A stretch of DNA of 64,000 nucleotides from contig CAYPGQ010000006.1 in assembly GCA_964410125.1 (NCBI GenBank), positions 29,194-93,193 of the forward strand, in the 5' to 3' direction. How positions within the stretch are numbered: the first letter of the stretch is position 1; the number at the start of each line of letters is the position of its first letter. The DNA is from an uncultured Eubacteriales bacterium (GTDB lineage Bacteria > Acidobacteriota > Aminicenantia > Aminicenantales > Aminicenantaceae). Both the position numbers and the translations under genes were made by a program. Positions 54,272 to 63,839 of the stretch are shown here, one piece after another. Under the pieces are notes generated by a model. That model searched no databases and was not told the DNA's origin. It saw only the letters and a program-made list of their open reading frames with translations.

Positions 54272-54309
54272 CTTATGTTCTCTGTTATTGATGATTCGAG
54301 AAAAAAGTA

Positions 54310-54338
54310 TTTATACCATAATTGGGATCAAAAACCAA
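54310..54338 (-). promoter_or_regulatory. candidate sigma-70 promoter of rpmB (TTGGTT-17-TATAAA)
   Basis: On the minus strand, TTGGTT (54338-54333) is followed by a 17-nt spacer and TATAAA (54315-54310), about 39 nt upstream of the ATG. Confidence 0.35.
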
Positions 54339-54340
54339 CT

Positions 54341-54399
54341 CCTTTGGGTAAGCATCTTTTTTCCCCGTGATAAATAGGGCTTTTAGGGATGGTTGAAGC
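54341..54399. repeat. intergenic motif copy 3 (CTTTGGGTAAGCAT ... GGGCTTTTAGGGATGGTTGAAGC)
   Basis: It shares both blocks with the copies at 9497-9567 and 9676-9742. Confidence 0.5.
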
Positions 54400-54698
54400 A
54401 AGCATTGAAGACCCCGTCCCAACCTAACCAAGCCTTCTTTACAGGTTGCTATTCGAGGGAATCTGACGTGAGGAGGTATTGAGCATGACTATACAAAAGG
54501 GAGGAGGTTCGGATTAACATAGGAATATTCTGGGCTTTTTACGATTGTAAAGATTTTTTCTATTAACAGCACCATGTCCTCTTTTATGTACACTTTTTCC
54601 CCAGGAATAGGAAACTTATGCCAGAATGCATTTGGTACAAATATTGCAGCATTATTTTGTCCTCTTGACGAAGTTTTACAAAACAAGTATTTTAGTTT

Positions 54699-55073
54699 AT
54701 GAGAGAGATGAATAAAAAAACCATATTACTCCTGCTCCTTTTATCTCTTTTTATGCTCTTCACCCGCTGTGCACCGCCTCTTCCAAAGTCCCAACTTCAT
54801 TTCGGAATCCTTGCAGCACAACGCGATCTTTGGGATGAAGCCATTTTCCGGTGGAAAAAAGCTGTTCAGCTTGAGCCGGATTCCTCATCCGCTCACAACA
54901 ACCTGGCTGTGGCATATGAAAAAAAAGGGCTCTGGGAAGAATCGGGAAAAGAATATGAAGTCGCTCTCGAGTTGAATCCTAAAAACGAATACATCCAAGC
55001 CAATTATGAAAAATTCAAACAGCGCATGGAAAAAGGCAATGAGGATGAGGACAAAGATAAAAAAAAGAAATAG
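54699..55073 (+). CDS. TPR-repeat protein with a signal peptide (possible lipoprotein)
   Basis: It has an N-terminal hydrophobic leader ending in Cys. TPR-like helices are present (AIFRWKKAVQLEPDSSSAHNNLAVAYEKKGLWEES). Confidence 0.7.
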   Translation: MREMNKKTILLLLLLSLFMLFTRCAPPLPKSQLHFGILAAQRDLWDEAIFRWKKAVQLEPDSSSAHNNLAVAYEKKGLWEESGKEYEVALELNPKNEYIQANYEKFKQRMEKGNEDEDKDKKKK

Positions 55074-55713
55074 TCTCATTTTGCTGCTCGGCCTTTTGTT
55101 TTTTCTTTCCTGTGGAACGGGAGAGCACGTGCGGTTGCGTATTGAAATGCCGCGAAAAGCGCCGATTAACCTGGGAGATTTTGAAGAGATTACCATCACA
55201 AGTTTTCTTGTGAAGGAAGAGGCCAAAGACTTTGATCTCAACAAAGAATTGACAGAATACTTTGCCGTGGAGTTTGGCCAAAAAGTAAAAAATAAAATCT
55301 CATCCACCGAAGTTTCGCTACAGAATGAAGAGGTCTTCCAGGACAAAACATTCTGGCAAAAAGTCTCTCCTGACAAAAAGGGAACCCTCCTGTTCACAGG
55401 CAGCCTGGAATACACGGAAGAAGTCCGGAAAGCGATCAAATCCGCGAGCAAAAGACGGTTCGAGGAGCCTTTCCCAGAAGAATCCCGGATCGAGGAGCGC
55501 AGATTTTATTCCCTCTCTCTTCATCTCTACCTCATCGACGCACAATCGGGAGATGCTCTCTACAAACGAACTTTTAAAGAAAGCAAAGCGTATAAAAATC
55601 CTAACCAGACTGCCTACTTTGCCTTCTGTGACATGATGTTAAATATAAGAGATAAGCTCTTTCGCCAGATTCTTGGCGAAGAGCAAATCCAAGAAAGATA
55701 TCTCATTAAGTAA
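55039..55713 (+). CDS. hypothetical lipoprotein
   Basis: The signal peptide carries the lipobox LFFLSCG. I moved the start to ATG 55039 or 55045, which overlaps the upstream gene end. Confidence 0.6.
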   Translation: MRMRTKIKKRNSLILLLGLLFFLSCGTGEHVRLRIEMPRKAPINLGDFEEITITSFLVKEEAKDFDLNKELTEYFAVEFGQKVKNKISSTEVSLQNEEVFQDKTFWQKVSPDKKGTLLFTGSLEYTEEVRKAIKSASKRRFEEPFPEESRIEERRFYSLSLHLYLIDAQSGDALYKRTFKESKAYKNPNQTAYFAFCDMMLNIRDKLFRQILGEEQIQERYLIK

Positions 55714-55730
55714 AAAATCGAGGAGAAATC

Positions 55731-58691
55731 ATGACATTTATCAAAAAATGCTTTTTCCTTCTTCTCATTGTAATAATCAGCGCAAACATGAGTTTTTCTC
55801 AAATTGTCTATTTTCCGTATTACGGAAAGAACAAAGTTCTTTACACAAAATTCGACTGGAAAGTGTATAAAACCGATCACTTCGACATTTTTTACTACGG
55901 GGATGACACCCGCGACCTCAAAATAATCGCCGACCTTGCCGAGAGCGCATACAAATCCATAAGCGAGGATATCAAACATCAGCTTTCAGCCTCTGTTCCA
56001 CTTCTTTACTACAGAACCTCCACAGAATTCTACCAGACAAATTTGTTTCGACTCCCCGAGGGAGTCCTTGGCGTGGCGGAGCCTCTCCTGTACCGCATCG
56101 CGATTCAAGGAGATATGGCCATCGATGAAATCCATGACCTCATCGAACATGAGCTTAGCCATGTCTTCGAATATGATCTCCTTTGGGGGTCTCCGGGTGG
56201 GGTGATGTATTCTCTTTCCCAGCCTCCTGGATGGATATTCGAGGGTTACAGTGAATACAACACCCGTAATTGGGCTCCATGGTCTGCAATGATCGTCCGA
56301 GATGCCGCACTTAACGATCGGATTCCAGATCTCATCGGAAGTGGCCATCTTTACTCCCGTTATCCATTGCCTCGACCGCCAGATTACGATTTTGGTCATG
56401 CCCTGTTTGATTTTATCGAACACAAATACGGCAAAAATGGAGTCCGAGACTTCTGGCATTCCTTGAAGAATGCTCCCCTTATCGGAAATCAAAATCCCAT
56501 AAAGCGGGCATTTGACAAGCCTGTCAAAGAATTCAACTACGAGTTTAAAAAATACCTCCGCGACAAAAACAAACCATTCCTGACGCGAGAAAATCCCGAA
56601 GATTACAGCATACCGATCGGACCTGAATTCCCGATGAATCCTTACTATCATGCCTACTCGATTGCGCTCTCTCCCTCTGGCGACATCGTCGCTGCCATCC
56701 TTGCGAACTACAAAGATTTGGACTATGACATCATCTTGTTTTCAACAAAAGACGGTAAAGTTATAAAAAATATCACAAAAGGATATACCCTCAAATACGA
56801 ATTCATCAGGTTTGACGTGGACCCATCCAAAGGCAGAGATATTGCATGGTCTGGGGATGGAGACAGGATCGCCTTTTTCGGACGTGCGGGGAAAAAACAC
56901 TCTCTTTTTATAGCCAATCCCCTTACGGGGAAAATAGTCCAGAATTTAAAAATCCTTCAGGACCAACCCTCCTCTCCCTGTTTTTTCCCCAATAAAAATG
57001 AGCTCCTTTTCACAGCCTTCAAGAATGGCATTCATGATATTTTTAAAGTGAACCTTGCGAACGGAGAAGTCTTCAACCTAACCTCCAATGATCTTTTCGA
57101 AAAAGCCCCGGCTATATCTCACGATGGAAAATCCGTCGCTTACACCATCCGCATAGATGCCTATGATAAACTTTTTATCTCGCCGATCGAGGACCTGAAA
57201 AAAAGGACACAGCTAACCTTTGGGAAGGGGAACACGATCACCCCAACCTTTTCACAGAATAACAAAGAAATTTTCTTCTCTGGAGACATAAGAGAAGCAT
57301 ACAATATCTATTCTCTCAATCTGGAAACTGGGACACTCCTGCGATACACAGATGTAAGAACAGGAAATTTTTTTCCAGTTCCCATGCCAAACAAACCCAA
57401 CCAGGTCCTCTTCTCTTCCTTCAACAAGGGGGCTTTTCAGATTTTCAAGAGCGAAATGGAAGGCCAAGAGGAAGGATCCGTGACATTTGCCGACATGGAT
57501 TATGAAGAGGAATTTGAGAGGTTCGAGCCAATCGTAACTGTAGATATCGACGAAAAAAAGATCACTCCCTACAAAGGATTGGGCAAGCTTTACCTGAGCA
57601 ACCGGCCTCCGATCAGCGGAATCATTTCTACCGACGGGTCCATTTACGGAGGCACGGCGCTCACTTTCTCCGATCTTTTAGGAGATCACAATTTCAACCT
57701 GACTGCTTACCAGGTAAGGAGCTTCCGGTCCTATAGTTTTTCTTATGCAAACCTGAAAAATCGATTTCAATTTGTGGCAGAGGCGTTTCAATTCACCATG
57801 TTTTACTACACTCCCTATAATTACATAGATCCGACTTTTTACCAGATGCTCTCCTACCGCGATGCCTTGGCAACAAGAACGATGATGGGCGCTAGCATCA
57901 ACGGTTTCTACCCCTTCAATCGCTATTACAGAGCCCAAGTTGGCCTCAATTTTATCAATTATGAGGAAGACTTTTACGACCCCTATTTCAACCAGGCTTT
58001 AGGCCAGCAAAATCAAGCATATGGATATTTCTATAACGGAAACGCCCTCTCAGCTTCCGTTACTTTAATCGGAGAGACTACGAATTTCAGAATGTATGGT
58101 CCATACTCGGGAAATACTTTCATGCTCAGCCTCTCCCAATCCATTCCTGTGACCAACAATTTTATCCGTAACACAACGGCTCACGTTGACCTGCGCCAAT
58201 ACCTTCCGATCGGGGGAGACACGCTTTTTGCTTTCCGTCTCAAAGCCATGACCAGCATGGGAAGGAATCCTTATATTTTCTACTGGGGAGGAAACAACCA
58301 GGTCCGCTCCTCTTATTACTATAACATTATTGGAAACACGGGATGGTACGCAAACTTGGAATTCCGAATCCCTCTGGTTAACGTCGCGTCTACTATATTA
58401 GGCCGACTCGGACCTATTCGTGGTGTCATCTTTTTCGATTTGACGCGTGCAAAACTCAAAGGATACCCCTCCAAAATCTATGATATTGGTTATGATGAGC
58501 AGGGAGTTCCGATACTGAGAGTGGCGGATGCCATCGGCTCGTATGGTTTTGGATTCCAATTTTTCTTCCTCGGCCTTCCGCTGCACTTTGAATGGGCGAA
58601 ACGGTTGGAAATAAAAGATATTTCCAGTCCCTTCAGTATCAATTCTTACGGAAAATTCGAGTTGAAATTCTGGATCGGATTCGATTTCTAG
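55731..58691 (+). CDS. 986-aa outer-membrane protein: HExxH peptidase-like N-domain, PD40/TolB-like beta-propeller and Omp85-like C-terminal barrel
   Basis: It has a signal peptide and HELSH within IEHELSHVFEY. At least six PD40-like repeats are present (for example SPSGDIVAA, AWSGDGDRIAFF, AISHDGKSVAYT). The C-terminus is beta-strand rich and ends KFWIGFDF, an aromatic terminus. Confidence 0.65.
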   Translation: MTFIKKCFFLLLIVIISANMSFSQIVYFPYYGKNKVLYTKFDWKVYKTDHFDIFYYGDDTRDLKIIADLAESAYKSISEDIKHQLSASVPLLYYRTSTEFYQTNLFRLPEGVLGVAEPLLYRIAIQGDMAIDEIHDLIEHELSHVFEYDLLWGSPGGVMYSLSQPPGWIFEGYSEYNTRNWAPWSAMIVRDAALNDRIPDLIGSGHLYSRYPLPRPPDYDFGHALFDFIEHKYGKNGVRDFWHSLKNAPLIGNQNPIKRAFDKPVKEFNYEFKKYLRDKNKPFLTRENPEDYSIPIGPEFPMNPYYHAYSIALSPSGDIVAAILANYKDLDYDIILFSTKDGKVIKNITKGYTLKYEFIRFDVDPSKGRDIAWSGDGDRIAFFGRAGKKHSLFIANPLTGKIVQNLKILQDQPSSPCFFPNKNELLFTAFKNGIHDIFKVNLANGEVFNLTSNDLFEKAPAISHDGKSVAYTIRIDAYDKLFISPIEDLKKRTQLTFGKGNTITPTFSQNNKEIFFSGDIREAYNIYSLNLETGTLLRYTDVRTGNFFPVPMPNKPNQVLFSSFNKGAFQIFKSEMEGQEEGSVTFADMDYEEEFERFEPIVTVDIDEKKITPYKGLGKLYLSNRPPISGIISTDGSIYGGTALTFSDLLGDHNFNLTAYQVRSFRSYSFSYANLKNRFQFVAEAFQFTMFYYTPYNYIDPTFYQMLSYRDALATRTMMGASINGFYPFNRYYRAQVGLNFINYEEDFYDPYFNQALGQQNQAYGYFYNGNALSASVTLIGETTNFRMYGPYSGNTFMLSLSQSIPVTNNFIRNTTAHVDLRQYLPIGGDTLFAFRLKAMTSMGRNPYIFYWGGNNQVRSSYYYNIIGNTGWYANLEFRIPLVNVASTILGRLGPIRGVIFFDLTRAKLKGYPSKIYDIGYDEQGVPILRVADAIGSYGFGFQFFFLGLPLHFEWAKRLEIKDISSPFSINSYGKFELKFWIGFDF

Positions 58692-58778
58692 CTCTTTATC
58701 TCCACTACCGAAGGAACTTTCAAAAAAAAACAAAATTTCCTTGAATTTGAAAATCGGGAGTGCTATTATGTTCGAGCC

Positions 58779-58843
58779 TTCTCCACAGAAGTTACTCAGC
58801 AAAACTGAAGGTTTTCCACAGATGTGGAAATATCTGTGGAAAT
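58779..58843. promoter_or_regulatory. cluster of DnaA-box-like 9-mers upstream of dnaA
   Basis: The boxes are TTCTCCACA (58779-58787), TTTTCCACA (58812-58820) and two copies of TGTGGAAAT (58823-58831 and 58835-58843, reverse complement ATTTCCACA). Confidence 0.65.
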
Positions 58844-58856
58844 CTTAAGCTATCTC

Positions 58857-60188
58857 ATGGAAGACAAACAAAACTCTAATCCTTGGCTCCTTATCAAAGA
58901 CGCTGTCAAGCTGAAGATCGACAGGAATAGCTACGAGACCTGGTTCTATCCAACGATATATATCGGACAAGAAAGCAATTGCTTTTACATCAAAGTTCCC
59001 AATTCCTATTTTAAGGATTGGCTTTCTTTCCATTATCTGACCCTTATAAACAAATGTTCAATTGAACTTTTTGGCAAATCTTTCGAGATAAAATATATTT
59101 TTGAAGACACTCCCAATCAATTTATGAGAAGCTCCCCGCATGAACGCCGCTCCAAACATGGTGGCCTTCTCAATCCTAACCTGAATCCCAATTACACATT
59201 CGAAAACTTCGTTGTCGGTTCCTGCAACCAATTTTCCCATGCAGCAGCCTTTGCCGTTGTGAATAATCCAGCAAAATCTTACAATCCTCTGTATGTTTAC
59301 GGCGGAGCCGGCTTAGGAAAAACCCATCTGATGAATGCCATCGGTCACAGTATTCTCAACAACAATCGGGGGCTGAAAATCCTATATATAACAACAGAAA
59401 AGTTCATGAATGATTTGATCAATCATCTTCAATACGGGAAGGTTTTGGATTTTCGCCAAAAATACCGAAGTGTGGACGTCTTGTTAATAGATGATATCCA
59501 CTATCTCTCCGGAAAGGAAAGAACAAAGGAAGAATTTTTTCATACGTTTAATCATCTATACGACAGCCAGAAACAAATCGTTATGTCCAGCGATTGCCCT
59601 CCCAAAGAAATTCCCAATCTTGAAGAAAGATTCAGTTCTCGGTTTGAGTGGGGGCTGATCGCCGACCTCAAACCTCCTGACATAGAAACAAGGATCGCTA
59701 TTCTGAAAAAGAAATCTGAATTGGAAGAAATATCTCTTCCCGAAAGTGTGGCTCTATATATTGCTGATAAAGTCAACTCCAATATCCGGGAGCTTGAAGG
59801 CTACTTGAGGAGAGTTATCGCTTATTCTTCCCTAAAGGGTGAGCCCATCGATCTGGACTTGACCAAAGAAGCCCTCAAAACCTTGTTGGATTCATCCATG
59901 ACGATTGTAACAGTCGAAAAGATCCAAAAAGCCATCAGCCATGAGTTCAAGATCAAGATATCCCAACTGAAATCTAAGAACAATTCTCCGAAAATCGCCT
60001 TTCCTCGCCAAATCGCTATGTATCTTTCCAAGCAAATGACCAAAACCTCCCTCCCTGAGATCGGAAAAAAATTCAGTGGAAAACATCATACAACGGTTCT
60101 CCACAGCATAAGAAAAATCGAGAAATTAAGATCAAAAGATGCAGAATTTAACAAAAAAATTAACACTTTAATCAACCAAATCCATTAG
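58857..60188 (+). CDS. dnaA: chromosomal replication initiator protein DnaA
   Basis: It has the AAA+ Walker A motif GGAGLGKTHLM, LLIDDIHYLSGKE and a domain IV HTH (IAMYLSKQMT..SLPEIGKKFSGKHHTTVLHSIRKI). ATG 58857 is preferred over the upstream GTG, which lies within the DnaA boxes. Confidence 0.92.
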   Translation: MEDKQNSNPWLLIKDAVKLKIDRNSYETWFYPTIYIGQESNCFYIKVPNSYFKDWLSFHYLTLINKCSIELFGKSFEIKYIFEDTPNQFMRSSPHERRSKHGGLLNPNLNPNYTFENFVVGSCNQFSHAAAFAVVNNPAKSYNPLYVYGGAGLGKTHLMNAIGHSILNNNRGLKILYITTEKFMNDLINHLQYGKVLDFRQKYRSVDVLLIDDIHYLSGKERTKEEFFHTFNHLYDSQKQIVMSSDCPPKEIPNLEERFSSRFEWGLIADLKPPDIETRIAILKKKSELEEISLPESVALYIADKVNSNIRELEGYLRRVIAYSSLKGEPIDLDLTKEALKTLLDSSMTIVTVEKIQKAISHEFKIKISQLKSKNNSPKIAFPRQIAMYLSKQMTKTSLPEIGKKFSGKHHTTVLHSIRKIEKLRSKDAEFNKKINTLINQIH

Positions 60189-60304
60189 GAAAATCAATAA
60201 ATTAGATGAGTTTTGCACATTTTCAATTGATTTTATTATTCTTATTATTTAATCTAATTTATATATATTAGTAATAAGAAATAAGTTTGTGGAAAGGTGG
60301 AAAA
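60189..60304. promoter_or_regulatory. AT-rich dnaA-dnaN spacer with DnaA-box-like sites (candidate DNA-unwinding element of oriC)
   Basis: TTTTGCACA (60211-60219) and TGTGGAAAG (60288-60296) flank an almost pure A/T run (60221-60285). Confidence 0.5.
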
Positions 60305-61405
60305 ATGAAATTTTCAATCAATAAAGAAGAGATACTCCGAGAATTGCAGCTTCTTCAGGGAATTGTCGAGAAAAGGAATACAATGCCTATTCTGGCAAAC
60401 ATTTTGGTCAATGTGACCGAAAGTGAGGTGGAGCTTATCGGGACAGACCTTGAGGTCGGCTTGAAAACACATTTTCCAGCTCAGATCGACGGAACGGGAT
60501 CGATCACAATTTCGGGAAAAAAGGTTTTTGAGATCGTTCGATCTCTCGCCGAAGAACAGCAGGTCGTTTTCAGCGAGGAGAAGGACCTCATGATGGAAAT
60601 CACTTCCGGTGAAAGCGAATTCAAGGTTTTGTGTTTACCCAAGGAAGACTATCCTCAGATGCCAGAACCAAAATTCGAAAAAAACATCGTTCTACCTTTG
60701 GAAAGATTCAAGGAGATGATCGACCGCGTTTTTTATGCAATCACCCAAGAGCAGAGGTATTATCTCAACGGCGCATTGATGCTTTTGCGAGATGATCAGA
60801 TGGAACTTGTGAGCACGGATGGTCACAGGTTAGCCTATACGAGCCTTGCTGTTGAAGGATTGAAAATGGAAAAGGAGATAAAGGTGATTGTTTCCAAAAA
60901 GACATTGAATGAACTGAGAAAGTTCGAAGATGAAACAGTCGAGTTTGATCTAGATGATAACAATCTCTTTTTCCGTGTCCGGAACAGGACGTTGATTTCA
61001 CGGATAATCGAGGGGAAGTTCCCCAACTACGAAGCTGTCATCCCGAAAGGAAATCCTGACACTCTGGAAATCTCTCGAGAAAAAGTTACCGGTGCGATAA
61101 GGCGAGTATCTCTTCTTTCTACCGAAAGGTCAAAGGGAATTCGTTTTAATATCGCGCCGAAGCATATCAATTTGTATTCTTCAAATCCAGAAATAGGGGA
61201 AGCGAGAGACAAGGTTGAGGTGGATTACAGCGGGAACGAGATGGAAATCGGGTTCAATTCTCAATATTTATTGGATTTTCTGACAACCATAAAATCAGAA
61301 AAAATATGTTTTGAGTTGAAAGACGAGAACAGCGCCGTGTTGATGAAGCCTACAACGGATGATGATATCAAATACCTGTATGTTTTGATGCCGATGAAAA
61401 TATAA
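60305..61405 (+). CDS. dnaN: DNA polymerase III beta sliding clamp
   Basis: MKFSINKEEILRELQLLQGIVEKRNTMPILANILV and VSTDGHRLA motifs are present. ATG 60305 follows a GGAAAGGTGG RBS. Confidence 0.92.
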   Translation: MKFSINKEEILRELQLLQGIVEKRNTMPILANILVNVTESEVELIGTDLEVGLKTHFPAQIDGTGSITISGKKVFEIVRSLAEEQQVVFSEEKDLMMEITSGESEFKVLCLPKEDYPQMPEPKFEKNIVLPLERFKEMIDRVFYAITQEQRYYLNGALMLLRDDQMELVSTDGHRLAYTSLAVEGLKMEKEIKVIVSKKTLNELRKFEDETVEFDLDDNNLFFRVRNRTLISRIIEGKFPNYEAVIPKGNPDTLEISREKVTGAIRRVSLLSTERSKGIRFNIAPKHINLYSSNPEIGEARDKVEVDYSGNEMEIGFNSQYLLDFLTTIKSEKICFELKDENSAVLMKPTTDDDIKYLYVLMPMKI

Positions 61406-61408
61406 TCC

Positions 61409-62341
61409 TTACTTTTCCAGACGAATAGGGTATGCTTTTCCGATAAGGAAAGTCTTCCCTTTCGAATCGACAACAATTGCTCCATAATCTGGGAATTTTT
61501 TGAGAATTTTTTCCGGCTGGTCGAAGACGAACAGAGCAGTGGAAAGCGCGTCACAAACCAGCGTTTCAGGGCCCACAACGGTCACGCTTTGTTTGCCTTC
61601 AGAGGGATAGCCTGATTTTGGGTCAAACACGTGATGATACCGGATTCCTTTTTGGATAAAGAACCGTTGATAATCTCCGGTGGTGGCTGCTCCGGTGTCT
61701 GCAATATAAAGAATCGCTGAAATCCCGCTGCCCCGAGGGTGTTTAATGCCTATGCGCCAGGATTCTTGATCAGGATTTTTCCCCCAACAGTATAGGTCTC
61801 CACCCGCATTAATGAATCCGTTTTTTATGCCCGTTTGAATCATGGCTTGGGATGCAAGGTCGATGCCGAAGCCTTTGGCAATGCCTCCCCAATCAAGCTC
61901 CATTCCGGGCGTGAGAAGGAGCCCATCGGGCTTGAGAGTGATTTTGTCCATTCCGATCTTTTCCAGAGTCCGGTTGATTTCCTCGGAGGATGGCACACGA
62001 TGGGAATGGTCGCGGAATCCCCAGATGTGGGATAAAGGAGCCACGGTGATATCGAAACATTCTTCTGAATCGTGATAGATGGTTAAAGCTTTTTTATAAA
62101 GGAATTTCACTGGGGCGGAGGAAAAAGACTCGGCACCTGGTGAAAAATGGGTTTCGATGTCCTGAAAGATCTTTTTAATTTCTTTTTTTGAGGATTCAAA
62201 ATCCGAGGGGGAACAGAATAGATTGATTTCACAAACGGTGTCGAAAAAAAGAAGCGTTGTTGTCTGCCACTTCTCCGTAACACGATTGCAATACACACAC
62301 AAGAGAAAAAGGACTGGCAAAAAAAGGGTCTTTTTCGACAT
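61409..62341 (-). CDS. apbE: FAD:protein FMN transferase (ApbE family), probable lipoprotein
   Basis: FDITVAPL, GGIAKGFGID, NAGGDL and TTGDYQRFF motifs are present. I set the start to ATG 62341 (MSKKTLFLPVLFLLCVYC). Confidence 0.85.
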   Translation of the reverse strand: MSKKTLFLPVLFLLCVYCNRVTEKWQTTTLLFFDTVCEINLFCSPSDFESSKKEIKKIFQDIETHFSPGAESFSSAPVKFLYKKALTIYHDSEECFDITVAPLSHIWGFRDHSHRVPSSEEINRTLEKIGMDKITLKPDGLLLTPGMELDWGGIAKGFGIDLASQAMIQTGIKNGFINAGGDLYCWGKNPDQESWRIGIKHPRGSGISAILYIADTGAATTGDYQRFFIQKGIRYHHVFDPKSGYPSEGKQSVTVVGPETLVCDALSTALFVFDQPEKILKKFPDYGAIVVDSKGKTFLIGKAYPIRLEK

Positions 62342-62552
62342 CAAAGATCTTTCCGAAACTGGGCTTCTATTTTTTAGGAACAGAGACAAAAAGTCAACGG
62401 GAACATTTTCTTTTGCGATGTCTGTTTTGTATTGACAGGCCATCCAAATATATATATTTTGTTTTTATTCCAAAAATGGCTTTTTTCGCGGCGCGGGCAA
62501 TGTTTTTGTTGATGAGGGTTTTCCCCGGCATTGTCGGAAAAAGAGAGGAATC

Positions 62553-63770
62553 ATGGGAGTGAAATTTCGTCTTTGTGTGATGATGTTCCTGCAATACGCG
62601 ATCTGGGGCGCGTGGAGTCCTGTGCTATCAGATTATTTATTGAATGAACTTGGCTTCAGCGGAACTCAGGTTGGGATCATCTACAGCTTGTTGCCTCTTG
62701 CGACGATCGTAGCGCCTTTTATCGGCGGACAAATAGCCGACCGGTATTTTGCCAGCCAAAAAGTAATCGCAATCCTCCAATTGATCGGGGGAGGGCTGCT
62801 TCTGTTTATATCCAAGGTTTCCGACTATAACACCATGATGTGGCTGATGCTTTTTTATTGCCTTTTGTATGCCCCCACTCTTGCTTTGACAAATTCTGTG
62901 GCCTTTATCAACCTAAAAAACTCGGAAAAAGAATTCGGGATAGTCCGAGTTTGGGGGACGATCGGGTGGATTGTATCGGGCCTCGCGTTGATGGGATGGC
63001 GGCATTTTGCTCAAGCCGAAGAAGCCCTCGCTCTTCGAGGGGATACGTTTTTGCTGGCCGGAGTTTTCTCAATCATCATGGGATTCCAGGCCTTTGGATT
63101 GCCGCGTACACCGCCCAAAAAAGAAGGGACAAAACCCTGGGCTTTTCTAGAAGCAATCAAGATGATGAAAAACAAAAATTTCCTGGCGTTTGTGATCATC
63201 TCCTTTATCGTGGCAACAGAGTTAATGTTTTACTATGTGTTAACAGCCCCCTTTCTCACATCCGATAAGATCGGGCTTTCGAGCGCCAGCGTCCCTGGGG
63301 TGATGGTGATTGCCCAGGTGGCTGAAATTATTGTTTTGGCCATACTATTGCCTTATTTCATCTCTAAGATCGGCATCAGAAACATCCTCGTCCTCGGGGT
63401 GTTGGCCTGGCCCATTCGGTACATCATCTTTGCCATCGGCCAACCATCCTGGCTGGTGATCGCCTCGTTGAGCCTCCATGGTTTCTGTTTTGTTTTTTTC
63501 TTTGCGGCTGCTTTTATTTATGTGGACACGATCGCTCCGAGGGATATTCGGCACTCGGCGCAGAGCTTCATCATGCTGGTCACCTATGGCATCGGGAGCT
63601 ACATCGGGAGCCTGTTTGCCGGATGGATCCGCGATCTTTTCACGACAGATGCCGTCACGAATTGGACCCACGTTTTTATCGTGCCTTGTTTCTTGACTGT
63701 TCTGTGTGCTGTCGCGTTTCTGCTGTTTGTGAAGGATGATCGAGCGGTAAAGACACAGGAAACCGGATAA
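62553..63770 (+). CDS. MFS transporter, nucleoside:H+ symporter family-like
   Basis: It has 12 TM segments. The N-terminus MMFLQYAIWGAWSPVLSDYL and GGQIADRYF are typical of the Nuc_H_symport family. Confidence 0.75.
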   Translation: MGVKFRLCVMMFLQYAIWGAWSPVLSDYLLNELGFSGTQVGIIYSLLPLATIVAPFIGGQIADRYFASQKVIAILQLIGGGLLLFISKVSDYNTMMWLMLFYCLLYAPTLALTNSVAFINLKNSEKEFGIVRVWGTIGWIVSGLALMGWRHFAQAEEALALRGDTFLLAGVFSIIMGFQAFGLPRTPPKKEGTKPWAFLEAIKMMKNKNFLAFVIISFIVATELMFYYVLTAPFLTSDKIGLSSASVPGVMVIAQVAEIIVLAILLPYFISKIGIRNILVLGVLAWPIRYIIFAIGQPSWLVIASLSLHGFCFVFFFAAAFIYVDTIAPRDIRHSAQSFIMLVTYGIGSYIGSLFAGWIRDLFTTDAVTNWTHVFIVPCFLTVLCAVAFLLFVKDDRAVKTQETG

Positions 63771-63839
63771 AATATCAAATTTCCATAGAATTCGGATATG
63801 GAATATTAAGGTTGTGCAAAATTAAAAAGTGAGGCAAAA

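Noticed and set aside
54489-54686. A 65-aa minus-strand ORF lies in the rpmB/TPR-gene divergent region.
   Set aside because: It has no motif or RBS and sits in a promoter-rich A+T region, so it is likely spurious.
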